A stretch of DNA of 64,000 nt from an uncultured Bacteroidota bacterium (GTDB lineage: Bacteria; Bacteroidota; Ignavibacteria; UBA10030; UBA6906). How positions within the stretch are numbered: the first letter of the stretch is position 1; the number at the start of each line of letters is the position of its first letter. Shown in pieces: positions 10,015 to 19,662 of this stretch. The position numbers and the translations under genes are program-made. The notes under the pieces were generated by a model that saw nothing but the letters and a program-made list of their open reading frames with translations, made no database searches and was not told the DNA's origin. Where the stretch lies: positions 224,001 through 288,000 of the forward strand of contig CAVOYH010000001.1 in NCBI GenBank assembly GCA_963700635.1. Reading direction: 5' to 3'.

Positions 10015-11457
10015 CTATTTTGTGCGGACAAACTCGATCCGTCTGTTTTGCTGGCGTCCTTCTGGTGTGGCGTTGGAGGCAACGGGATTGTCCGGCCCGA
10101 ACCCTCTGGCAGTGATCCGTTCCGGGGTGATACCTTTGGCGATAAGATGATTCCGGACGGCATCGGCGCGGGACTGCGAGAGCCGTATGTTTGCGTCCTT
10201 ACTGCCGGTATCGTCGGTATAGCCGCGGATCTCAACCGCTATCTCAGGGTTTTGCTCGAGGGTATTGTAGGCTGTTTCGATCAACAGCTCGGCTTCCGGG
10301 GTAATGCCGGCCTTGCCGGTTTCAAATACGATCCCCTCCAGGACAATCGCCTTGCCGACTTCGGCTTTGAGTTCCGCCTTTTTCGGAAGGTCGTCTTTTG
10401 CATCCAGAGGATTGGAGCCGCGCGTCACCTCTATGCCGTCGGCGACAGTTCCTCCGTCCGTATCGGCTTTGAGGGGATTGGTTTTGTACCGGTTCACTTC
10501 GTCCCCGTCTTTGAGGCCGTCACCGTCGGTGTCAGGATTTAATGGGTCAGTCTTGAGCGTGTTGACTTCCTCACCATCCTTCAACCCGTCATTGTCTGTA
10601 TCCGCCTTGAGAGGATCGGTCTTGAATTGCCGGATCTCGTCGCCATCACTCAAGCCGTCCCCGTCGGTGTCCGCTTTTGTTGGATCTGTTTTCTCGAGCC
10701 GCGCTTCGTCACCATCGCTGAGCCCGTCACCGTCCGTATCGGCTTTCAGGGGATCGGTCTTGAACGTATTCATTTCTTCGCCGTCCTTCAGGCCGTCGCC
10801 ATCCGTGTCAGCGAGTTTCTTGTTGGTGCCGAGTTGTTTTTCTTCGGCATTGGTCAGCCCGTCGCCGTCAGGATCTGCGTTGGGGCTCTCGGTGACGATC
10901 GTCAGGCCGGCCACCGCTGTCGCATAGGCGTCTTTTTTCGATTCAATGACGCCGTTGATGCTCTGGTGGAAGGCGTACGTATACCCGGCGCTGGCCTCGA
11001 AGAGGATGCCGTCCGAAATCATGGCCTGAACGCCGATGCCCGCAGGCACGATCGCTGCCCATCCGGAAAACTCGGTTGCAGTTGGGTTTGCCGGTTTGTC
11101 TTTGACGGAATAATGCAGTGCTCCGCCTCCGACGTACAGGTACGGATTGACCTTCTCCAGCTTTAACGGGCTAAACAGAAAGCGGTAATCAATCGGGATA
11201 ATCTGGGTCTTGTAGTCGGACCCGCCCAGATGGCCGACCCCGAATCCGAGTTCACCCTGTAACGCCTTCGTGATAGGGTAGCGCAGGAAAGCGCGTGTGA
11301 AAAACTGGGCGTCATTATCGGTGACATCAGTGATGCCGAGGGCGGCACCCGCACCAATGCCCATACTCATTCCCTGATCACGAAGTTGCCCCGCAGCGGT
11401 AAGCGGCAACACAATCCCCAGCACAACCAACATGCTCAACGTAGTACGAATTCGCAT
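10015..11457 (-). CDS. OmpA family protein: beta-barrel, TSP3-like Ca-binding repeats and peptidoglycan-binding domain
   Basis: ATG at 11457 with AGGAG RBS; DTDGDGL repeats; OmpA C-terminus GYTDDTG...NIRLSQSRA...NRRIEF. Confidence 0.93.
   Translation of the reverse strand: MRIRTTLSMLVVLGIVLPLTAAGQLRDQGMSMGIGAGAALGITDVTDNDAQFFTRAFLRYPITKALQGELGFGVGHLGGSDYKTQIIPIDYRFLFSPLKLEKVNPYLYVGGGALHYSVKDKPANPTATEFSGWAAIVPAGIGVQAMISDGILFEASAGYTYAFHQSINGVIESKKDAYATAVAGLTIVTESPNADPDGDGLTNAEEKQLGTNKKLADTDGDGLKDGEEMNTFKTDPLKADTDGDGLSDGDEARLEKTDPTKADTDGDGLSDGDEIRQFKTDPLKADTDNDGLKDGEEVNTLKTDPLNPDTDGDGLKDGDEVNRYKTNPLKADTDGGTVADGIEVTRGSNPLDAKDDLPKKAELKAEVGKAIVLEGIVFETGKAGITPEAELLIETAYNTLEQNPEIAVEIRGYTDDTGSKDANIRLSQSRADAVRNHLIAKGITPERITARGFGPDNPVASNATPEGRQQNRRIEFVRTK
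10400..10878 (-). repeat. Seven tandem ~23-aa (~69-bp) bacterial thrombospondin type 3-like coding repeats
   Basis: Unit ADTDGDGLxDGxExxxxKTDPLK read in the translation. Confidence 0.9.
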
Positions 11458-11613
11458 GAGATTGACTCCTGTCGTTGTGAATAACTGTTCAGAAAGGATG
11501 CCCGGTCGAATACTCACCACACGCACAATTCTGGCAGGTTCGCCATGAAAAGACGTTTCGTCCGTAGCACAGTATAAACAAAAGTGGCGGGGAAATAGTT
11601 CACAAAAAACGCG

Positions 11614-13137
11614 TTACGAGAGGTCACGCAGGAATTTGTGGGTAATCTCGTCGACTTCGCCGGCGGAAAGCGTATTGCCAAACCGTGCGCCGGTCGGCAG
11701 CGGGTGAGGGTCTTTGGGAGTGAATTGCTGATCGATCCTGTCAATCCAGTTGTCGCCGGGAGCGGGGTGAACTTCCGCGGAGTGAAGCGGTCGTGTTTCA
11801 AATGCGAGGCGTTTAATATTCATGAGGTGGCGTGCGGTCACATTGTCTGACACGATTGACCCCCCCCAAGTGCCGGACCCGAGTGTGAGAGAGGGATCGA
11901 GGCCATTGGTGAATCCCACGGCACCCAGGGCTGATTGCGTGTTCACGAGTATCCTGAATGCAGGTTTCTCCATCGCGAACTTCATGATAATGTCACGGTC
12001 GGTTGAGTGTATCACCAGTGTGTGTCCGATCCCCCCAAATTGCAGAAGTTCAAGACAGCGGTGGCAGGCATCGCGCCATCCATCCGCAGTGTAGAATGAG
12101 AGCACGGGTGAGAGTTTTTCCCGTGAGAGAGGATACGCTTTCCCCACGCCGCTCAGCTCTGCGATCAGAACAGTCACGTGGTCAGGCGCCTCGATGCCGG
12201 CGGATCGTGCAATATGGAGTGGGGATTTTCCCACCATGGACGGGTTGATGACCCCGCGTTCGTCAAAAAGCAGGCGGGCGAGCCGTATCTGTTCTTCTCC
12301 AGCCACAAAATATGCTCCGCGTTCGAGGCACGCCTGCACCACTCGCTGCTTAACGGGTGCATCGCAGACCAGGGCTGACTCCGTAGAACAGAGAGTTCCA
12401 TAATCAAACTGCTTCCCTGAAATGATGTCCGCAACCGCTTTCTGAATGTCGGCCGTCCGTTCGATGAACGAGGGGACGTTTCCGGATCCGACGCCGTACG
12501 CCGGTTTTCCGGAGCTGTACGCCGCGCGCACCATGGCGTGGCTCCCCGTGGCAAGGATCACCGATGTCAGCTTGTGCCGCATCAGCTCCTGGGTCCCTTC
12601 GGCCGTGGAAAGTGTGAGGCACGACATCAGGGAGCGGGGTGCACCCGCCCGTTCAGCGGCATCCCGGACCACATTCATGGCTTCGACCGTACACCGCGTC
12701 GCTTTCGGGTGCGGACTCGCCACGATGCCATTCCGGGCTTTTACGGAAATGAGCGCTTTGAACATCACCGTCGATGTTGGATTTGTTGACGGGATCAGTG
12801 CTGCCACGATGCCCATGGGCTCCCCGATGCTCAGGACCTGACGTTCCCGGTCTTCGTGGATGACCCCCACAGTCTTGAGCCGGGCGATGGATTCCCAGAC
12901 CCGTCTTGTCGCAAAGAGGTTCTTCTGTTCCTTGTCTTCCGGCTTGCCAAATCCCGTCTCCTCGCATGCCATCCGTCCGAGCCTCGCTGCCTGGGATGCC
13001 CCTGCCTCGGCCATGGCCTCGCAGACACGGTCAACCTGATCCTGGGAGAAGGATCGGAATTCCAATTGTGCCCCTGCTGCCGCCTGCAACAAGTCCCGTA
13101 CTTCCTGGACTGAGGTGAGATCGTTATCCATGGCCAT
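11614..13137 (-). CDS. CoA-acylating aldehyde dehydrogenase (EutE/PduP/AdhE-N-like) with putative C-terminal encapsulation peptide
   Basis: IPSTNPTST, ILATGS, GVGSGN, FDYGTLCSTE (catalytic Cys), REKLSP, SLTLGSGTWGG; Pro-rich linker then LSAGEVDEITHKFLRDLS. Confidence 0.9.
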   Translation of the reverse strand: MAMDNDLTSVQEVRDLLQAAAGAQLEFRSFSQDQVDRVCEAMAEAGASQAARLGRMACEETGFGKPEDKEQKNLFATRRVWESIARLKTVGVIHEDRERQVLSIGEPMGIVAALIPSTNPTSTVMFKALISVKARNGIVASPHPKATRCTVEAMNVVRDAAERAGAPRSLMSCLTLSTAEGTQELMRHKLTSVILATGSHAMVRAAYSSGKPAYGVGSGNVPSFIERTADIQKAVADIISGKQFDYGTLCSTESALVCDAPVKQRVVQACLERGAYFVAGEEQIRLARLLFDERGVINPSMVGKSPLHIARSAGIEAPDHVTVLIAELSGVGKAYPLSREKLSPVLSFYTADGWRDACHRCLELLQFGGIGHTLVIHSTDRDIIMKFAMEKPAFRILVNTQSALGAVGFTNGLDPSLTLGSGTWGGSIVSDNVTARHLMNIKRLAFETRPLHSAEVHPAPGDNWIDRIDQQFTPKDPHPLPTGARFGNTLSAGEVDEITHKFLRDLS

Positions 13138-13140
13138 CCA

Positions 13141-14184
13141 TCAGGAGAACAATGATGATTGTGTGGTGCCCCGCGGGGTCACGCCGAAGTGTCTGTAGGT
13201 GATTCCTGTGATTTCCCGGCCGCGCGGAGTTCGTTTTACAAACCCTTCCTGGATAAGATAGGGTTCATAGACTTCTTCTATCGTACCCGGTTCTTCGCCC
13301 ACGGCCACTGCGAGTGTATTAATACCGACGGGCCCGCCGTCATACTTCTCCAGAATACAGAGGAGGATCCGCTTGTCCATCTCGTCCAATCCGCACTTAT
13401 CAACCTCGAGGGCCTGGAGCGCATAGTCGGCGACTTCCCGCGATATGACGCCGCGGTGTGACGCCAGCGCTGGATCAGCCTGTGCGAAATCGCGACAACG
13501 CCGCAGCAGGCGGTTGGCGATGCGGGGAGTCCCGCGCGACCGGCGCGCAATTTCTTCACCACCGTCTCGCTCGATCGTAACGTTCAAGAGCCGGGCCGAA
13601 CGCTGAATGATTGTGAACAACGTTTCGCTGGTGTAGTAGTCCAGCCGGTTGCTGACGCCGAACCGCGCACGCAACGGTGCCGTCAGCAACCCTGCCCGGG
13701 TCGTTGCTCCGATCAGCGTGAACCGCGGAAGCGTGAGTTGAACGCTCCGTGCGTTGGGGCCGGCATCAATCATGATGTCAAGCCGGTAGTCTTCCATCGC
13801 CGAATAAAGGTATTCTTCCACCACGGGATTGAGTCGATGGATTTCGTCTATGAAGAGGACTTCACTCTCCGCCAGGTTCGTCAGCAGTCCCGCCAGGTCA
13901 CCCGGTTTATCCAGGACTGGCCCGGAAGTGCTCTTCAAGCCGGTGCCCATCTCGTTCGCGATGATGTGGGCGAGCGTAGTTTTGCCCAATCCCGGCGGAC
14001 CGGTAAGCAAGACGTGGTCGAGGGGTTCTTTCCGTTGCCGTGCCGCGGCAATGAACACACGCAGATTATCAATAATCTTCTTCTGACCATGAAAATCGCG
14101 GAAACTCATCGGGCGGAGTGCCTGGTCGAGCTCGCGGTCGGTGTCCACGCGTTCAGGATTGGTAGTGTCTGATTTTCGGTTCAC
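13141..14184 (-). CDS. ruvB: Holliday junction branch migration helicase RuvB
   Basis: [45 protein letters not shown]. Confidence 0.99.
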   Translation of the reverse strand: MNRKSDTTNPERVDTDRELDQALRPMSFRDFHGQKKIIDNLRVFIAAARQRKEPLDHVLLTGPPGLGKTTLAHIIANEMGTGLKSTSGPVLDKPGDLAGLLTNLAESEVLFIDEIHRLNPVVEEYLYSAMEDYRLDIMIDAGPNARSVQLTLPRFTLIGATTRAGLLTAPLRARFGVSNRLDYYTSETLFTIIQRSARLLNVTIERDGGEEIARRSRGTPRIANRLLRRCRDFAQADPALASHRGVISREVADYALQALEVDKCGLDEMDKRILLCILEKYDGGPVGINTLAVAVGEEPGTIEEVYEPYLIQEGFVKRTPRGREITGITYRHFGVTPRGTTQSSLFS

Positions 14185-14274
14185 GAAGTCCTGATGTGAA
14201 GAGTATGGATGCCGAGGAAATTACCTGAAAGGTAGTGTAACAGAGCGAGAATATCAATGTAGTGGCCGGCAGGC

Positions 14275-14880
14275 TTACGCTCCGGCGTTGCGAAGGGCGG
14301 CTTTAACAAGAAGTTCCAGGGTTCCGGCTTCCTGGCCGAGCTCCTGGACAGCCAGCCTCACCGCCCGTTCCGCCGTCGTGCGGTTGTATCCGAGAGAGGT
14401 GAGCGCCAGCAGGGCCTGGTTCCGATTACTCTCTTGCGGATCGGATGTGAGGGAAGAACCGGCAGAGAGTCCGTCCAACCGGGCGATTTTTTCACGAAGT
14501 TCAACAACGAGGCGCTCTGCTATTTTCCGCCCAATTCCGGGAATGGCGGTAAGTGCGGCAGTATTGCCGGCAATGACGTAATTCCGCAGATCGGCGGCGG
14601 GGATCCCGGAGAGAATACTCTGCGCCATCCTCGGCCCGATCCCGGTCACCGTCAGGAGCAGCTTGAATATCGAACGTTCCTCTTCGGTGAAAAACCCGTA
14701 CAGAAGCATTGCATCTTCACGCACATGGAGATAGGTAAAAAGGAAAACCTGTGTTCCCGGATCGCCGATTTTCTCAAAGGTGGAGAGCGGGATGCTCAGT
14801 CCGTACCCGACCCCTCCCACATCGAGCACGATGTCGGTCGGACCTTTTGTGATGAGTGTGCCGCGGAGAGAGGAGATCAT
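14275..14880 (-). CDS. ruvA: Holliday junction branch migration protein RuvA
   Basis: GGVGY, HVRED, LYGF, GIGPR, IPGIGRKIAER, LTSLGY. Confidence 0.98.
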   Translation of the reverse strand: MISSLRGTLITKGPTDIVLDVGGVGYGLSIPLSTFEKIGDPGTQVFLFTYLHVREDAMLLYGFFTEEERSIFKLLLTVTGIGPRMAQSILSGIPAADLRNYVIAGNTAALTAIPGIGRKIAERLVVELREKIARLDGLSAGSSLTSDPQESNRNQALLALTSLGYNRTTAERAVRLAVQELGQEAGTLELLVKAALRNAGA

Positions 14881-15458
14881 TTTCTGACGCGCTCCGGATG
14901 GGCTTCGACATACGACTTCCAGCTTTGATGGCGCCCGGATGTTGGACGGCTCCGCTCAAGGTGGCAAATCGCCACGGCCAGCGCATCGGCGGTGTCGTGT
15001 GTCAGACGTACGCTGTTCAGCTGAAGAAGGGTCCTCACCATAAACGCCACCTGTTGTTTGGACGCATTTCCGTTGCCAACGACGGCCTTCTTGACTTCCC
15101 GGGGGGCATATTCGGAGAGCGGAATCTGATGTTGCACGGCGGCCAGGATGCTGACCCCCCTGGCATGCCCCAGCTTGAGCGCGGATTGAGCGTTCTTGCC
15201 GTAGAATGCCGTCTCAATGGCAACTTCGTCCGGGTGGAATGTACCGATAAGGTTGACAAGTCCGGAATAGATTGTCACCAGGCGTTGTGCAATCGGGGTT
15301 CCCGCGCGGTTGGGGATTACGCCGGACGCAATGTGCCGGAGGCCGGGTCCAGTCCGAGCGACGATGCCGTAACCGGTCATCAGCGTGCCCGGATCAATTC
15401 CCAGGACGACAAACGAAGGGGGGCCGTCCGTTTTTTTCTTAACTGCTGAGGGAGGCAA
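14877..15458 (-). CDS. ruvC: Crossover junction endodeoxyribonuclease RuvC (start uncertain; TTG at 15458 chosen)
   Basis: LGIDPG, VAIE, KLGHARG, VVGNGNASKQQV, DTADALAVAICH. Confidence 0.95.
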   Translation of the reverse strand: MPPSAVKKKTDGPPSFVVLGIDPGTLMTGYGIVARTGPGLRHIASGVIPNRAGTPIAQRLVTIYSGLVNLIGTFHPDEVAIETAFYGKNAQSALKLGHARGVSILAAVQHQIPLSEYAPREVKKAVVGNGNASKQQVAFMVRTLLQLNSVRLTHDTADALAVAICHLERSRPTSGRHQSWKSYVEAHPERVRK

Positions 15459-16200
15459 GTTCCGTATCGTCGATGTCGAAGTTTGAGGAAACATTCTGGA
15501 CGTCGTCGTGTTCTTCGAGGGCATCCATGAGCTTCATCAGGCTCTCAACGTCTTTGCCCGTAACTTTGACGGTGTTCTGGGGGATCATCTGGAGGGAGGC
15601 GGATTCAAGGACGATGCCCTTGTCTTCAATCGCTTTCTTGACAGGCTCAAATGCCTGTGGGGTCGTGGTGACCGTAAATGTCTCCCCGTCAGTCAGCATG
15701 TCATCCGCACCGGCTTCAAGAATGATTGCGAGGAGGTCATCTTCCGATACCGGGCGCTCCTGGCCCGCGGACGGGATGACGATGTTCCCCAGTTTATTAA
15801 ACATCCATCCGACGCTCCCGGATTGGCCAAGATTGCCGTTGTTGCGGGAGAGGATGTGGCGGACTTCCGAGACGGTGCGGTTTGCGTTATCGGTTACAAC
15901 ATCAATGAGGATCGCAACGCCGCTTGGCCCGTACCCCTCGTAGGTGATTTCTTCGTACGCGACGCCCGGGAGTTCGCCGGTTCCCTTCTGAATCGCCCGT
16001 TTGATGTTATCGGCGGGCATATTATTGGTTTTTGCTGTTTGGATGGCGAGCCTGAGGCGGGGATTACCCTCAGGATTTCCCCCTCCGTTCCGGGCTGCGA
16101 TAGTGATCTCCTTGATCAGGCGTGTAAACAGCCGGCCACGGGCTGAATCCGTCGCGGCTTTTTTTCGTTTGATCGTTGCCCACTTCGAATGGCCTGACAT
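15439..16200 (-). CDS. yebC: YebC/PmpR family protein
   Basis: MSGHSKWATIKRKK, YEGYGPSG, TDNANRT, LEEHDDVQNV. Confidence 0.97.
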   Translation of the reverse strand: MSGHSKWATIKRKKAATDSARGRLFTRLIKEITIAARNGGGNPEGNPRLRLAIQTAKTNNMPADNIKRAIQKGTGELPGVAYEEITYEGYGPSGVAILIDVVTDNANRTVSEVRHILSRNNGNLGQSGSVGWMFNKLGNIVIPSAGQERPVSEDDLLAIILEAGADDMLTDGETFTVTTTPQAFEPVKKAIEDKGIVLESASLQMIPQNTVKVTGKDVESLMKLMDALEEHDDVQNVSSNFDIDDTELASLSS

Positions 16201-16212
16201 GGTGTGAATCTC

Positions 16213-17943
16213 CTATCGTAAGTCCTTGATTTTCAGCTGAGGAACCGGATCGGCTGGTCTGGACGCGCCCGGGGAAGTCCATTCGTTCTCTTCCACGGTA
16301 TAGACGCATTCGAGGTTCAGGCGTCCGGAATACGCTCTCGGGAGGAGCTCGCCGAGGCCGAAGCCGATGGCGTCGAAGCTTGTACCGTTCTGTCGCACCC
16401 GGAACCGGAGATGGTTCCGTCCGACAATACGTGGTGTTCCTGCCACTTCCAGATTTCGTGTAAAGAATGTCGGCCGTGCATTGTGGGGACCGAAGGGAGC
16501 AAACTCCCGGAGAATTTTGATAAATCTCGGTGTGATCTCCTCGAGGGAGAGTTCCATATCGATCCGGATCTCAGGTGTTTTGAGTTCCTCCGCCATAAGT
16601 TCCTTCACGGCGGTATTAAAGGCCTCGCGGAATTCATCGAGCCGTTCAATCTCAACCGTCAATCCTGCGGCATACTTGTGCCCGCCAAACTGCAGGACCT
16701 TGTCCTCACAGCGTTTGAGCGCTTCATAAACATCAAACCCCGATACACTGCGGGCCGAGCCCTTTGCGACGCCGTCAACGGTGGCCATCATGATGGAAGG
16801 TTTATAGTACCGTTCGACCATCCGTGACGCCACGATTCCGACGACGCCGGGGTGCCAGTGTTCCTGATGCAGCACAATGGCGGGGTCGGATTCAACATTA
16901 AAACATTCTTCGAAGAGTTGCTGTGCATTGGCAAAGGTCTCTTCGTCGATCTTTCTCCGGTTCTTGTTTTCTTCCTCGAGCTCCTGGGCAAGCGCGCGTG
17001 CTTCCTCGGGGTCGGTTGAAGTGAGCAGGCGAACGGCCCGTGTGGCGTCGCCGAGCCGGCCTGCCGCATTGATTCTGGGTGCGAGTGCAAAAACGATGTG
17101 GCCCGTTGTAATACGCCCCGGCTTCAAGCCGGCACTCTCTATGAGTGCCCGAATGCCGGGCCGCGGCGAAGCGTTGATGGACTCCAGTCCGATCTTGACA
17201 AGGATACGGTTTTCACCGACAAGCGGAACAATGTCCGCAGTGCTGGCGAGTGCGACAAAGTCAAAATACGACCTGATCGATTCTTCTCTTCCGAGCTTGC
17301 GGGCTACGCCCTGAACGAGCTTGAGCCCAACCCCGCACCCGCTGAGGGGCTTAAAGGGATAGGTGTCCCCGGGTTTGATCGGATCGAGTACCGCGTGTGC
17401 GCGGGGAAGTACGGGGCCGGCTTCGTGATGGTCGCAGATAATAACATCCAGGCCGCATTCGTTAGCGTGGTCAATCTGCTCAACGGCGGTTATACCACAG
17501 TCGACTGCAATGAACAGGTTTGCCCCCAGCTCGACGGCATGGTCGATGCCCATCCGGGAAACCCCGTACCCTTCCTTCATGCGGTCCGGGATATAGTATT
17601 GTACCTTGGCTCCCAGATCCTTGAGAAAGAGGTAGAGCATGGCAGCCCCGTTGGTGCCATCAACGTCGTAGTCGCCAAAGACGATGATCGAATCACCTGC
17701 GGCTATGCCGCTGAGGACACGATCCACAGCCTTCTCCATGCCGTCAAGAAGGTACGGGTCATGCAGGAGGTCCATGGTAGGCCGGAAATAATCCTTGGCC
17801 GCATCATAGTCTGAAATGCCCCTGAAGACGAGGATCTTTGCGATACTCTCGGGGACATTGATATCTTTTGCCAGTGAAGCGACAAGCCCTTCATCCGGGG
17901 GATTGGCATGAATCCACCGGTGATCCCTTACGGTAGTCCGCAC
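16213..17943 (-). CDS. recJ: Single-stranded-DNA-specific exonuclease RecJ
   Basis: GTG at 17943 after GGAG; GDYDVDG, VDCG, DHH, APRINAAGRL, KGSARS, FGGH motifs. Confidence 0.97.
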   Translation of the reverse strand: MRTTVRDHRWIHANPPDEGLVASLAKDINVPESIAKILVFRGISDYDAAKDYFRPTMDLLHDPYLLDGMEKAVDRVLSGIAAGDSIIVFGDYDVDGTNGAAMLYLFLKDLGAKVQYYIPDRMKEGYGVSRMGIDHAVELGANLFIAVDCGITAVEQIDHANECGLDVIICDHHEAGPVLPRAHAVLDPIKPGDTYPFKPLSGCGVGLKLVQGVARKLGREESIRSYFDFVALASTADIVPLVGENRILVKIGLESINASPRPGIRALIESAGLKPGRITTGHIVFALAPRINAAGRLGDATRAVRLLTSTDPEEARALAQELEEENKNRRKIDEETFANAQQLFEECFNVESDPAIVLHQEHWHPGVVGIVASRMVERYYKPSIMMATVDGVAKGSARSVSGFDVYEALKRCEDKVLQFGGHKYAAGLTVEIERLDEFREAFNTAVKELMAEELKTPEIRIDMELSLEEITPRFIKILREFAPFGPHNARPTFFTRNLEVAGTPRIVGRNHLRFRVRQNGTSFDAIGFGLGELLPRAYSGRLNLECVYTVEENEWTSPGASRPADPVPQLKIKDLR

Positions 17944-17968
17944 AAGGAACTCCAGATCGATAGTCCAG

Positions 17969-18006
17969 GTGTGGGGGCATGGCGGTGAATTGGAATGCCC
18001 CCACAC
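17969..18006 (-). other. 12-bp perfect hairpin immediately 3' of rnpB (processing or termination signal)
   Basis: GTGTGGGGGCAT-N14-ATGCCCCCACAC. Confidence 0.6.
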
Positions 18007-18010
18007 GTGG

Positions 18011-18430
18011 TGCAGGTCTGTAAGCCGAATTCTGTCTTCTTCGCTCTTGCAAGCAGAAGGAGGCAGCCATTTCTCTGGGCCGCGGATTGCTCCTTGGCTC
18101 AAGCGGCCTACCCGAGAGTAACCCCCCGCCGTGGGGCGGGGGACGAGGCGAGCAGCCTCTCCTCTCATATTTGGCCTTGCTCCGGGGGGGTTTATCGTGC
18201 CCCCGGGATTACTCCCGGGGCGGTGAGCTCTTACCTCGCCTTTTCACCCTTACCCTGCAAGCACGCCGCAACGAGTGCAATGTGCGTGCAGGGCGGTATG
18301 TTTTCTGTGACACTGTCCGTTCCCGACCGCTTACGCGGTCAGGCCCCCCGCTGTTCACGGGGCACCCTGCTCTGTGGAGTTCGGACTTTCCTCATCCCGC
18401 GGAATGCGGAACGCAGCTGCCCGACCTGCA
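18011..18430 (-). ncRNA. rnpB: RNase P RNA, bacterial type A
   Basis: Minus strand contains GAGGAAAGTCCGAACTC, ACAGAAAACATACCG, GGTGAAAAGGCGAGGTAAGAGC, GAGCAAGGCCAAAT and ACAGAATTCGGCTTA; P1 is TGCAGGTC/GACCTGCA. Confidence 0.97.
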
Positions 18431-18450
18431 TGTGAGTTGTTGTATGATTT

Positions 18451-18480
18451 AAATTAACACAATCTAATCGAGAGAAGCAA
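18451..18480 (-). promoter_or_regulatory. Putative sigma70-type promoter of rnpB
   Basis: TTGCTT-N18-TAATTT on the minus strand, AT-rich, ~20 nt upstream of the mature RNA. Confidence 0.5.
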
Positions 18481-18492
18481 AAAACGGCGAAT

Positions 18493-18909
18493 TTACGTCT
18501 CCACCGGCTCTCTCGTTTCAATCCCCCGGTTTGCCAGGGCATCAGCATCTCTGTTCTGCTCACGCGGGACGTACCGGAGTACAAATTCATAGGGAGCTTC
18601 TGCACGAAGCCGCTGCACTTCCGAATAGAGCAGCTTGAGTTTTGGATCTTTGACCCGGTAGGTGCCGTTCACCTGCCTGACCATGAGTTCGCTGTCCGCC
18701 TGGACTTCGAGCCGCGTGCATGGCACCGTTGCCAGGCGTTTAAGCAGGGTGACGAGCGCGGTATACTCAGCGATGTTGTTTGTGGCCTTCCCGATGTATC
18801 CCGAGATGGTCAGGAATTCTCCGCCATCGGCTTTCCGGACGATAACGCCGATACCACTGTCGCCCGGATTTCCCCGTGACGCCCCATCGGTCGCCGCGAA
18901 CAGCGTCAT
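18493..18909 (-). CDS. Ribonuclease HI family protein (RNase_HI_like)
   Basis: DGASRGNPG, TNNIAEY, DSELMVRQ, VPREQNRDADALAN. Confidence 0.95.
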   Translation of the reverse strand: MTLFAATDGASRGNPGDSGIGVIVRKADGGEFLTISGYIGKATNNIAEYTALVTLLKRLATVPCTRLEVQADSELMVRQVNGTYRVKDPKLKLLYSEVQRLRAEAPYEFVLRYVPREQNRDADALANRGIETREPVET

Positions 18910-19637
18910 TTCGGGTTTGCGGCAAGTTCGACTATTTCATCGGAAACCAGAATGCGCCCGCATCGTTCACACGTGTACATCCGTTCGCTCTGCCTGAGCT
19001 CGAGCAGCTTCTGGGGAGGAACGCGGTTAAAGCAGCCTCCACATGCGCCCTTCTTGATCGGTACAACGGCCATTCCCTTTTTTGCCTTCCGGATTCGCTC
19101 GTATACGATCAGCTCCGACTTGCTGATTCGCACCACCGCTTTTTGCCGTTCATGCTGGAAATGGAGCTCTTCGTCTTCCGTCAGTTTAGAAACTTCTGCA
19201 AGTGCAACACGCTTCTCCTCCAGAAGGTGTATCGATTCATCGATGTTCTTCTGGAGTTCAGCCATCTCGGTGCGCGCTGTGGTCGCCTGAATCTCGAGTT
19301 GTTCCATTTCTTTTCCCAATCGCACGATGGCTTCACCCGCACTGTCCATCTCCCGCGTGAGCGCGTCGTATTCCCGATTGGTACGGACTGCGAACTGCTG
19401 GCTTTTGTACCTCTCCAGTTTCTGATTCAGGGAGATGATTTCATTGTCAGCATTGTCGCGCATAGCGAATGCCTGCCGCATCGTTTGTTCGATAGCCGCA
19501 TGGCGTTCCTGTTGAGCGGCAAGCTCGGCTTCAAGCTTCTGAACCGCGGACGGCAGATCGCCCTTCTGCTTAAGGAGTTCATCGAGATTCAAGTCTATGA
19601 CCTGAAGGGTGTAAAGATATTGTAGCTTGCTTTTCAC
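18906..19637 (-). CDS. C4-type zinc ribbon coiled-coil protein (DUF164/CT398-like)
   Basis: LQVIDLNLD start, long coiled coil, VRTNREYDAL, ACGGCF...CERCGRIL. Confidence 0.94.
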   Translation of the reverse strand: MKSKLQYLYTLQVIDLNLDELLKQKGDLPSAVQKLEAELAAQQERHAAIEQTMRQAFAMRDNADNEIISLNQKLERYKSQQFAVRTNREYDALTREMDSAGEAIVRLGKEMEQLEIQATTARTEMAELQKNIDESIHLLEEKRVALAEVSKLTEDEELHFQHERQKAVVRISKSELIVYERIRKAKKGMAVVPIKKGACGGCFNRVPPQKLLELRQSERMYTCERCGRILVSDEIVELAANPK

Positions 19638-19662
19638 TTCGTACTCCTCTTCTAAGAAAGTG

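Noticed and set aside
10400-10878. Regularly spaced ~69-bp repeats as a possible CRISPR array
   Set aside because: Repeats are in-frame, degenerate at third codon positions, encode TSP3-like motifs, and no cas genes are present.
17944-18168. 75-aa N-terminal extension of RecJ in the ORF track
   Set aside because: It overlaps the RNase P RNA; a GTG with a GGAG RBS at 17943 gives a normal RecJ.
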